NCBI GenBank assembly: GCA_051294375.1
Contig: CM119268.1
Coordinates: 7,026,861-7,090,860 of the forward strand
Origin: Paraspadella gotoi
Taxonomy: Eukaryota; Animalia; Chaetognatha
Direction of reading: 5' to 3'
Length of the DNA: 64,000 bases
Part shown: positions 25,780 to 37,581 of the stretch, piece by piece
How positions within the stretch are numbered: position 1 is the first letter of the stretch
Layout of the letters: each line of letters opens with the position of its first letter
Translations under genes and position numbers: made by a program
The notes under the pieces: generated by a model
What the model was told of the DNA's origin: nothing
The model's input: only the letters and a program-made list of their open reading frames with translations
Databases searched by the model: none

Positions 25780-28700
25780 TAATAAAAGCTTTCAGAATTA
25801 GAAGAATTTAGTGGAGAAAAGATGACAAGGAAGAATAATGTAGCAATGAAGTTTATACTTGTTAAACTCGCAATTTAAAAATACTCTTACGTTAAAATGA
25901 TAAAACACTATCAAATTTAAACAGTAAACGAATTTACATTTGCAAATAGAAAGAGTTATAGAAGATTTGAAATTCCAAAATTAAAAATATGAATCCAGAA
26001 CACTTAAAATTCGACTTTCGAGAAGTTCAATAGGGAAAATAGAGATGAGCATGCCAATTATAGCCAATACATGCGAGAGGAGATGTGTTGCTGTAGGGAG
26101 TGGGGTAAAGGAGAGAGTCTAGAGTTTGGGCTAGGATGGTGGGGAGAGTTCGTCGTATTGCATAAGAGCATGGCTTGGCTCCCTGAACAGCTGTGCTTCT
26201 CGAGTGAGGAAGGATGAGGAAAGATGAGCGCAGCGTAAAGGAGAGAAGGAAGTAGGAGCCGGGAAGAAGCAGCGATGAGAAAAAGGCCCACGAGAAAGAG
26301 TAGACCAAAACTAACTATGGAAGTTACATCGAGTATAAAATCACAAAAAAACCTTGCATGATGAGTCACAAAGCAATAAAAAGTTTTGCTAATAGGCAAA
26401 ATGACTGAAATTAAGCGAAAGGTTAAGTTACAAAAAAAAGCTTCTCAAAATATGCTAAGTTCCGTGCAATGCGAGATCTCGCGAATATACTCGAGAAAAC
26501 TGTTCTTTGTATTGATTTTTTCATTGCGAGACACCTGGATTTTTGCTTTCGAATCTTCGAAATGCTTTTAACGAAAATTAATTTTCTATTTAATATAAAA
26601 CTATTTAAAATATCTGTTATTAAAGGCGTTATTAGAAAATTAAAGTGGAACTGTTTTGTCGGAAGTGAAACTTATCGTTTTTTTGGCTTTAAATATTAAA
26701 TCCAGAACTATCTGACATGTTTTTCTTAATACTGGATAATTCAGACTTTATATGAGTTTGTAAAATAATATTGTATAATTATATTAAGTATAACATTGCC
26801 AATTAAGTTTTGTTTTATATAATATTAATAACTCCTCTGCATTGCAAGATATCTTTTTTATTTTCCAGGTAACGATTTGCGGACGATTTCCAAAGGGATT
26901 CAAAGGAGCCGGGTTCAAAATCTTTATCTTCTTTTATCTTTTTTTTACAGGTAAGAAATTTATTGATAATAATATCGCTAATCACTTTGATAATATTTTA
27001 TAGTAATAATTTTTAGGAATAGGTGGCTTAGAGAGAACTTGCGGTAAGAGAGGGTCATGCAACAACCATCCCGAGCTGGAAATTATGTTTACGAAGGCTC
27101 AGACGACGTAAGAACTTGGAAAAATTTTTATTACAGAGATAGGTGAAATTCCAAATTAAAAACATAAATCATTCTTCCTAAAACCTTTAGGTTAGTGTGG
27201 TCAATAATGTGCTCTATTATGCTGGATGAGCGCAGCCGAACGAACAGAGTGTGCATGTCGCATATAAATATAAATTAAAAATAGAATTAATTTTTCTATA
27301 AATTGTGTTTTTTTAGATTCTCTTCAAATTGTGTAATACTCATTATAATATCCACGATTGTGTCAGTTTTTTCAGTTTTGTTGTGTTTGAGTTTATAATA
27401 ACAAAGGTTTAAATTTTCATTTTTTCGGTAATGGAACTCAAATTTTTCATTTACAATTTAAAATTATGGACATCTTATTTTCGCTTGAAGTCTTCATCAG
27501 CGCACAATAAATTTGTCAAATATTTGGAATTTAGTACGTTGAAGAGAGAGATGAGAGAGAGAATCGAGAGAAAGAAAGTTTTCAACAAAAGAATTTAGAA
27601 AGACAATGTGACAAATTATACTCTCGCCCCAGCTATTTTTTTCCTCTTGATTTTTACCGTACTTCAAGTATGTCCTCACGCGATTCGGCCAAATTATTTT
27701 CTAGTAAATTCTTCGAGTGCTTTTGTGTAATTGAGCGAGACTCGATGATCAATCTTTAGTTCCGTTTTCATAGATTTATAAAAATAGGCATCGCCCGTCC
27801 TGAACGGGAGGCAGCTTTTAATTATGCAGACCATAAATATAAATTTAAAAGTTTTCTAAACCTTCATCGCCACTATATGCATCATTCAAGTTCCTCATGA
27901 TTCAGAAAAATTCATCAATAAGCCACGTTAAACTCGCAAGCGGCTCCTAAACGGACGACGCCTCAAACGCTTGACGTCGCGAGCGTGAAATACAGAAGAG
28001 GACGGGCGCGATGCTACTTTTGCATAAGTCAGAAAAAGAAACTTACAGATTTATTCTTGTGTCTCGCCCAAATTATGATAAAGCATCAACAACATAGCAG
28101 AATACATCATAGGATTGAGGAGAGTTAAAAAAAATGAAAAGTAAAATAATTTTGTTGGTTTATAATTACGAGAATTCGAATGATGCCGTTATGTCCCAAA
28201 AACAAAAGATTGAAACCTTCGTTATTCTAAGTATACGCGATAAAATACTTTCACTCAAACAAAGGCGATATAAGACTTTATTTCTTTTTTAGGTTGTGTA
28301 TCTAACATACCTGGACAATCTTTAAGTAATCCGAAACGCAACTACGAACGATGCAGTCATCAAATTCTTAAGAGCAGCAGTAACGTGGTTTATAGGTATG
28401 GCAACAGCGACAATCAGAATTGTATTGATTCTCGTTTTACCTCTAGCATTCCCCAAACCCAGTGCCAGGACAATTTAGGCAAAAAAGAATGTCGCGTTTC
28501 TTTCTACTGAGGAGGATGACGCGATCCTAGGTCGACCGGACGAAGGTATCCTCTGCATTCCCTCCATCAATCGTCAGAAAAGCAGGCTTGTTTCGAATCT
28601 CTCTCTCTCTCATAGTTTAGCATTTAAAATTCACATTCCACTATGTAAAAATTGCAACGGATCAGGGTCGTACAAAGCAGAAACCTGTTTTATTGTAAAT

Positions 28701-31221
28701 AGGAAACTCGTTGTCGAACAATATAGTTTTTTTTTTCGAAAAAAAAAAATTGTGACATATTTAAATTCAACACAGGTAATGAAAGTCGTTATAGTTGAGA
28801 GCCTTTTCAATAGTCCTTGTTTGTTCAGCATGGGTATCAAAGGAATTCAAACGAAGCGCAACCGCGAGTACTCTCATCCAACATCTTTTGATTAATGGCT
28901 TCAAAACTTTTTCAGCACGATCTACAATTACAATATCTGTAAACAGTCGATCACACAATATTTGTTAGTGATTAGAGAACGCTTATGACGCTTCAAAATA
29001 AAACGCTTTTAATCCATATTTAATAGGTTGATACCCTAAATTTGGTCATCTGCTGTAGTATATTCATGAGCTGTAATGGGTGTTCTGGCGGAACTTAACC
29101 CCTGCCATCAGCAATAAGATATTACATTAATTGTTTTATGTAGTATGGTCTAATAATAGTTATATTACGATTGGAAATGAATAACATATATATTTTAATT
29201 GCAATCTTATTGAAAATAAAAAAAAAAAAAAAGGAAAGAAAGAGAGTGGAGATTCTGAAAACTACTTTTAAAAAAACCATATAACAAAGAAGCAAAGAAC
29301 TAAAAAAAAAATAAAAAAAGGTTATAAAAATAAAAAAAATAACTAAAGAAAAAAGTAACCGAGAAGGTATATTTAAAAAAAAAGTGGGAAAAAAAANNNN
29401 NNNNNNNNNNNNNNNNNNNNNNNNNNNNNNNNNNNNNNNNNNNNNNNNNNNNNNNNNNNNNNNNNNNNNNNNNNNNNNNNNNNNNNNNNNNNNNNNNNNN
29501 NNNNNNNNNNNNNNNNNNNNNNNNNNNNNNNNNNNNNNNNNNNNNNNNNNNNNNNNNNNNNNNNNNNNNNNNNNNNNNNNNNNNNNNNNNNNNNNNNNNN
29601 NNNNAGCGGAAAGAGAAGAAAGAAGAAAAAAGTGAGGTAGAAAAAACCTAGATTGAGAAAGAAATAATGCGGGTTTTAATTTTCGTTTTTTTTTAAAGTT
29701 TAATCATCACTCGTGCCAGCGAACTTAAGTTTAATATTCTCGCCAGAAAAAAAAATTAACTTTCACGCGGTGAAATTCCAGCTTCGTCTCTACTTTCAGG
29801 TTCACGAATCAACTCACTTCAATCACTCATTTCAATGACATCGAGTCCGTATACGAATCATTGCGGGTTCTTGGAAATATGTAACTAAGAAACTAAAGTC
29901 TATTATTAGACAGTTTAATCTACATAACTAACCAAACTGTAGTCCCTTTTTTTTTGGAAATATTATTTATATAAACCAAAAAAAGGAAACAAACACTGAA
30001 CCGAAAAAAAAAGTCGAAAAATAAGAAAGGAAAGCCGGGAATTTTATGTAGTTCTGTCTGGAAGAGGCACCGATTATTATGCGCATCTTTCTTTTTATTA
30101 CTCGCGTCCAGGCGACTTTTTTCGCGTATTTTTTTTTCTCCCGGTCAGTCGGAATTCGATTTATTTGTTCGTCTATCTGTTAGTCCGCCTGTCTATGTGA
30201 CTTTTTTTCCTTTCCTGTCCGTGTGTCTGTCCGTCATTCTATCAATTCTAAAGTGAGTATAAAAGTCGCGTCTTATTTGAGAAAAAGAAATTCTTTCCGG
30301 TTATTTTTTTTTCTTTTGTTTTAGGTCATTTACGTCGACTAGCGACGCGAACGAGTGCGACGGGGGGGGGGGAGAACCTAGGGTGGGGTGGGAGGTGGTG
30401 GGGGAAGAACCGATGGTGGAGATAGATGCAGCTGCGGGGGTAAGAGGGTGGGGGGAACTATGAAGACTGCCGAATGTAGATAGTATTAAAATAGATTATT
30501 TCTTTATCGAACATACTTATGCTTGAAAGTAGTCTCTGTTACTAACTTACAATAACGTAATCTAGTTGTCAATTATTTCCTCCTATAGAATCTGCGCCAC
30601 TAAGACGGAGATTTCCACAGCTGGATCTCACAGACGCCGAGAAAAAGAGAGAGAATGAGGAATTGTCTGATCCGAGGATATACTATCGCGAGTTCGATAA
30701 CATTTGAACTCGAAATTGAGGCCAGGGACTCTTTGTCTCTTTTCTGATTTTAATTTCTTTGGAATTGATACAATCGATACAAATATTATTCATTTAAAGT
30801 TAATAAATAAACTATCTCAGCCCTGACATTGGACTCCATCCATATTACGAGTTAACAAAGATGAAACACGGAGGCGCTCAATCAAGACTTACGAATCACT
30901 TTTTTCAATATCTCAATGCATTCTTACAAGACGTTGTAATAATAAGACTGTTACTTACAGTGTAAGTTTTAAAAATAACTCTCTTTACAGTCTCGATTTT
31001 TATGTCACCCAACTGTAAACGCTCAGTCCCGCGCAGAGTCATATCAATTTTTTTTCGGTTCTCTTTTTTTCTTCTTCTTTTTTTTCTCTCGAGTAGCGGA
31101 CTGAGTCGCTCGACTTTATCGTCCGAAAAAACGAGGTCGACGATCGATCCGACTTCGATCGGAAACGACCGAGACGCGCTCGTCATAGCGCCAGGTGGGC
31201 GTGGCGATCGGAGGAGGATTC

Positions 31222-31281
<60 letters not shown>

Positions 31282-32029
31282 GTAGAAGATAGATATAGGT
31301 TATAACATGGACCTAGGTACCACCCTTGCAAGAACAGGACCTATAAGGTAACGACAATGGTCCGTTTCATTCATTGATTCGTATTTCTAATAAAAAAGCA
31401 ACTTTTTCTTTTTTTAACTACAAGCAGAACACAAAAATGTGTATCTACTCAAAATATTAGTATTCAAAAAAAAGGAAATAAAAAATAGAAAACCACACAA
31501 ATACTTGATTCTCACGTAGATTCCTAATGGCCGTGGCGACCAAAATGCTCATCTTAAAATAACACATAAGCATTCCTAATACAATATTGTCTTCTCCGTA
31601 AAATTGAGTCTAGAATAGATTGATGTGATGGTGGGTCCCTTTCCCTTATTTTTGCAATATATTCTCCGAAAACCTTCTGTGTGCTTCACAATGTTAAAAA
31701 TCCTCCTTCTTTGCAGCGTTCTTTCAAGGTACGCTGATAACATATCGCCCTCCGATCGCATCAAGTCTGCTTGATTTTCATTTGTTGGGGAACTTTAATG
31801 ACTTTTTGAATGGCTTTTCATGAACATTCGGGTCACATTTTTTTCACCAGTGGAACCCCGCTCATGGCAAGGTAATGCAGGTGCTACGAATAAGCAGGTT
31901 CAGAGACTATTAAGCTTGTCAAAAGGCGCATTACTTCAATATTGTTATTGCCTATTTGCAAATTTTGCCAAGTTTATTCTATGGCACATATATTTTCTGT
32001 TTGACTTTTATTAATAATTTATTTATATG

Positions 32030-32612
32030 ACTTGACCGCAGAGAAGACTATCATCTATGGCTGCAGCCCAAAAATTTGAGTTCATGGTACTTGTGGGATT
32101 TTATGCCCCATCAAAGTGCAGATTTTACTGCGATTTTTCTTTTTCTGCAGGGCAATCTGGTAATTTACCATCATGAAGATTTTTGATGGACAAAGACCCA
32201 TACGCCACATCCCGCGACCATTTACCCAATAGCATCCATTCATTGTTTGTGTCCTTTCTAACCGCAAATTGACAATGGTCTGCTGGTTGCTCCAACGTGG
32301 CAACGTCATCGGCATATTGGCTGATGCCATGCATTTCGCTGCTCTTTAAATGGTAGATCAGCAACAAATAGGCAAACAAATCTGGGCTTAATAATGTCCC
32401 CTGAGGTCGAACCCTCTGCACAATTTCACAATTCAGATTTTTTGTCACCCCGTTCTTTGATAAAAGAGAAATCTGTCTGTCAAGAAGGACGAACATTTCT
32501 TATCAGTTTTTACCGGCAAATTCTTAGGAGTCATTTTCCACAGAAGGCCTCGTGCAAAGCAGCATTAAATGCCCTCCTTCCGTAATCCAGGGTTTACCCA
32601 AAATTGTTGCCC
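32030..32612 (-). mobile_element. Degenerate non-LTR retrotransposon (LINE, Jockey/I-like) reverse transcriptase fragment
   Basis: Frameshifted translation gives RAFNAALHE-LLWKM (AFDxVxHxGLLxKL-like), PQGTLLSPDLFAY, ISQYADDVA, WRMGLCPSK and GHKIPQV..KFLG, in the expected order. It is cut off upstream by an (AG)n tract at about 32613. Confidence 0.85.
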
Positions 32613-32645
32613 TGAGAGAGACGAGAGAGAGAAGAGAGAGCAGAG

Positions 32646-32689
<44 letters not shown>

Positions 32690-34504
32690 AGTGGAAGAGA
32701 GTGGAGAGAGCGGGGAGAAAGGAGGGAAAAGGGTGGAGAGGTAAAGAAAAAGTGATGCACGAATAGGATGGTAAAAAGAAAAATGAGGAGGAAGAATGAA
32801 AGGTAGAAATATATTTATGGGAAATAGGAAAAGAAATAAGGAAAAAGTCAAGTTGCAGGGATAGAGGAAAGGAGAAATGGAATAAAAAAAGGTAAGAAAA
32901 GGAGACGGAGAGCGGGGAGGGGAAAAGAAGAATGAAGAGGAGATTAAGTGAACGTCGACCCTTAATGATCGTTGACCCCAAATGGTGATTTTCGCTCACA
33001 ACGTCTCGTCTCGTGTTTTGACCACAAAAGACTTACCTCGCGTCACAGCCGTAGGCTCGACCTTTCTTTTTTTTGTAGGCCTACATCTGTTATGTCTCGT
33101 TTTATTGCGTTATATTTTTATGTTCACAACCTATTTTTAGTAACATAACACCGTCTCGATTTTCCTCTACCCGAATACGTTTTTAAATTTGACGCGCAAA
33201 GTACTCATTTCCTATCAAGTTCAACAGAATTGATGTTCTCTTTCTTCTAGTTTAATATCGTCGCCGAGTATTAAGCCGAAAATCCCATCTCTTAAATGGC
33301 CTCATTAAATTTTTATTAAAAAAAAAATCCTAGCTACTACATACTAGCGTTAACCACATCTCCATCTACATCCTTAAACTTCCCACTTTCCTCATTCCTC
33401 CCAATCATCTCTTTATCTCTTTCTTATCATTAATCTTCCCCCCCCCCTGGGTGGATGAAGCGTACTTAGGAAGAAGAAGGATTTAAAACGGGGTNNNNNN
33501 NNNNNNNNNNNNNNNNNNNNNNNNNNNNNNNNNNNNNNNNNNNNNNNNNNNNNNNNNNNNNNNNNNNNNNNNNNNNNNNNNNNNNNNNNNNNNNNNNNNN
33601 NNNNNNNNNNNNNNNNNNNNNNNNNNNNNNNNNNNNNNTTCCTCCCACCTCCCGAGGATCCTCGTCCCCCGCGAATTTCTCTCTCCCCAGGGAACCTTCG
33701 GTTTGTCCAGGGAAACGAGATTCTATTAGGGAAAAAAATGTTACCTAGAGAGGAGGAGAGAGAGGGAGAGGGAGAGGGAGTGGGGGTGAAGGAAGAGGGA
33801 GAGGGAGAAGGGAGGAAAAACGGGGGCGGAGGAAGAAAAGACCGAAGGAGAAAGATGGTAGAGGGAGAACGAAGAAAGAACGAAGGGAGAACAAAGAGAG
33901 AACTGGAAAAAGAGAGAAAGAAGGAAAGGAAGGAGAACAAAGAGAGAAGGATAACATTGGAAGAACGAATGTTAAAAAAAAAAAGAAATACCTTTGGAAG
34001 AACGAGGAGAAAGCATAGAAGATAAGAAAGAATAAAACGGAATTTTACCTTTGTAGTAACAAGACGAAAGCGAAAAAAAAAAGGAAAAAAAGTCATGGAA
34101 AGCTTATCACGTGGAAATAAAGAAAGGTAAAATCCAACGAGATAACTAGGGAAAAGTTGAAATGGGACGATAGAGAAAGTGTGTTGGAAAGAGGAAGAGG
34201 AGAAGAAGAAATGGGCGAAGTTAGAGACGGAGACGTTGGGTGGAGTGGAGGGAGAGAGAGGGAGAGAGAGAGAGAGAGAGAGAGAGNNNNNNNNNNNNNN
34301 NNNNNNNNNNNNNNNNNNNNNNNNNNNNNNNNNNNNNNNNNNNNNNNNNNNNNNNNNNNNNNNNNNNNNNNNNNNNNNNNNNNNNNNNNNNNNNNNNNNN
34401 NNNNNNNNNNNNNNNNNNNNNNNNNNNNNNNNNNNNNNNNNNNNNNNNNNNNNNNNNNNNNNNNNNNNNNNNNNNNNNNNNNNNNNNNNNNNNNNNNNNN
34501 NNNN

Positions 34505-34540
<36 letters not shown>

Positions 34541-35204
34541 AAAAGAAACATTTCATTTGAATAAATTGCTCATAGAGCCGTGAAAGTATAAATAACAAAT
34601 AATAAATTGATCCAGCCTCGAAGAGATGAAGAGATTTTCCTTGAAGATATTGAGAAAGTAAGAGAGAAAGACTTCAAAGAGAGAGAAGGAAGCGACGAGA
34701 GGAGAAGAGAGAGAAACGAAGAGAGGAGAGAGAGAGAGAGAAGAGAAGAGAGAAGAGAGAAGAGAGAGAGAAGAAGAGAGATTGAAACATTTATCCTTTT
34801 TCAACTGGACGATGTGACAGCATTCAAAGAAAAAAAGAAATTTCATCCCTTGAAGCTAAACTCAAAATTTGTTATTGATTCGTTTAAAAAGCAAATTTGA
34901 AAACCTTGAAAAAAAAATCTGAAAGCCCCTTCGCGATGTAAATATAAATTATATGTCAATTTACTTAATTTTTACTGTGACAGCAGCCCAAGCTAAACGT
35001 TTGACAAAAAAAAATTGACTCCCCGTCAAAAAAAATTGTTTTTCTTTTTTTAACTCTAAAATGGTTTTTGTCACTTGGTTTTTATAAGTCAAATGACATT
35101 TCAAAGTTCCATTTACATTATGTTTAAAAACAGACAAGCAAAGAAGAACGGAAACGGGAAAGTTTAAAAAAAAAATCTTCACGCGAAGAGAGCGAGAAGA
35201 GAGA

Positions 35205-35250
<46 letters not shown>

Positions 35251-35274
35251 TGAGAGAGAGTAGAGATAAAGAAG

Positions 35275-35309
<35 letters not shown>

Positions 35310-36377
35310 AGAGAGAGAAGAGAAGAGAAAGAGAGAAAGCCGATTCGAAATTGGATGTTATGAGTCTTGACGCCAGAAAATCGAAAGCCGATGTGGGAAG
35401 GAAAAAGTTTCGGCGAAAAGGGGGGGTTATTGGAGGGGGGAGTGAGGGGGGGGGAGAGGTAAAGGTGGGTAGAAAGTGGAAGAGGCCTGTGGATTGTGGA
35501 TATAAAGCGGTGTGGTAGTTGAGGGGTACAGGACGGGGTAAGGAAGAGTAGGTGGGGGCAGACAGATTAGTGATGTGCAGGTACATATGATAAAGGTATG
35601 GAAGAGGCAGATAAAATTAAGGTAATAGGGAGATGAAATAAGTTTTAAGTCGACTGGTCACTGATATAAAGGTGATTAGGAAAGTGATAAATAGGGTTGA
35701 CATTGACGGTGATAAATAGGGTTGACAGAGACGCTGATAAATAGGGTTGACATAGACGGTGCTAGGTGAACAGCGGGTTAGGCGAAGGAAGAGAAGTAGG
35801 AGAACCGAATTTCTCTGGCGACGACTTCGTTGTTGTTATTGTCGTTGTTGTTCTTTTTCTTCGTTGTTGGATTTCTTCTTGTGTCGGACCACGTTGATAA
35901 TTCAGTCAACGCTAAAGTAAGTACTTTGAGGTCAAATAATGGATGCCGGACGACAAAGCTTGCCGTGTCGTTGAAATCTGACTAAAATCAAGTTGTTTAC
36001 TTTGTGAATTGTCCTCCGCATTCGTCACCTTCCTTCTTCGCTCAAAATGTCAAATTGTCAAATTGTCAAATTGTCTCTTTTATTTCAGAAAAAAAAAATT
36101 TTTTCTTCGTTTTTACAAGAATTCCTCGAGTCTCGGTTTAGGAACTCCTTTGAGTTTACCTTCATAGTTTACTTTAATTAACTTGATAAAGCGTTATTAT
36201 ATGAAATCGAAACCACCAATACAAGAATTGTCCATTTGTTTGAAATCTATCTGTTCTCTTTCATCTCTATGAGTGTGTAAAAAAACTTAACCATGGGAGA
36301 GGTTCAATTTTAACTTTCATCAATCATCCAAAAAAAAGATAACTCTGCTGACGCCATAGGTCCCTCAATCTCGTTCC

Positions 36378-36710
36378 GTCACGTGACCAATGGGCGACGC
36401 GTCCGACGTCAAGTGACTGATTGGCGACGCATCTGACTTCATGTTATCAACTTGGATCGCGTCTGACAACACTTGACAAATGGGTTTAACGTCCGATGTC
36501 ACGTCATAAATGTGTTTGAAGTCACATGATAAAATTGGTGATGGGGTTGATATCTCATGATAAATGTGCAATAAGATGTAATGTCCGACAAGACTGAAAA
36601 AAAAATGGGTGACACATCTGATGACAAGTTGGCGATGCGTTTGACGTCACGTGACAAATAGGCGTCGCGTCTGAAGTCACGTGACAAATGGGCGTCGCGT
36701 CTGACGTCAT
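36378..36710. repeat. Degenerate 30-bp minisatellite
   Basis: Unit GTCACGTGACAAATGGGCGTCGCGTCTGAC, best conserved at both ends of the array. Confidence 0.75.
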
Positions 36711-36956
36711 CGGCGAAGTCGAAGTCGATGATGGAGAGAAATAAAAACTGCGCGTGAGCCATTAATGCGGAAGGCGGCGTTGGCGGCGTCGGCGGCGCTT
36801 GGCGGCTATTAGCGGCGTCGGTGGCGGTCTGTGGCGGCCACAGCGTCGGCGGTGGTATGCGGCGATTAGCGGCGATACCGGCGATGAGTTAGAGAGAGTC
36901 GTTTGTCGAGGCGGAAAGAGGAGGAAGACAGGGTTGGCGCGATGAAAAGGCGAAGG

Positions 36957-37100
36957 GCGCGGCGAAAGAAGCGGCGAACAAATTGGTGAATGAAGCGGCG
37001 AACAAAGCGGCGAACGAAGCGGCGGAACATAGTGGCAAATAAAGCGGCGAATGAAGAGGCGAACAAAGCGGCAAATGAAGCGGTGAACGAAGCGGCGAAA
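36957..37100. repeat. 12-bp tandem repeat (GCGGCGAACRAA)n
   Basis: Visible periodicity that produces the spurious repetitive ORFs in the track. Confidence 0.8.
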
Positions 37101-37205
37101 GAGTCGGAGAGATGTTTCGTCTCTCGTTCTAAACTGTTAATGATTCGATTCGATCGGAATTCGATCATTAATGATCGTGACGTAAGGAGCGACGGGCAGT
37201 TTGAG

Positions 37206-37308
<103 letters not shown>

Positions 37309-37581
37309 TAGTTTAACTGAAAAGCTACTTAATCCCAATTGTCAATGTGAAAAGAATTTTGAAAAGCTATCTTTTTTACAGGTATTGCTATTACTATTAA
37401 TACAGAATAAATCGAACGTTAGCGAAAATTTTTTATATTTTCTATATTCATATATATAGGAAAAAATTGAACACTTCATATATTTTTAGTGAAATATCTA
37501 CGTTCGTGCAGAAAATCATTTAATCACTGTATAGGCCAATACATTATTGATTTAATAATATCAAGGTTCAGTAATCAATAC

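Noticed and set aside
27935-28130. piggyBac-like Cys-rich tail (RARCYFC...)
   Set aside because: Only a CxxC and a partial match are present, with no upstream transposase. Part of the sequence resembles a short motif at about 23580, suggesting a non-coding repeat.
28767-28958. Walker-B-like DIVIVD in a short minus-strand ORF
   Set aside because: It lacks the catalytic Glu, a Walker A motif and any other helicase motif.
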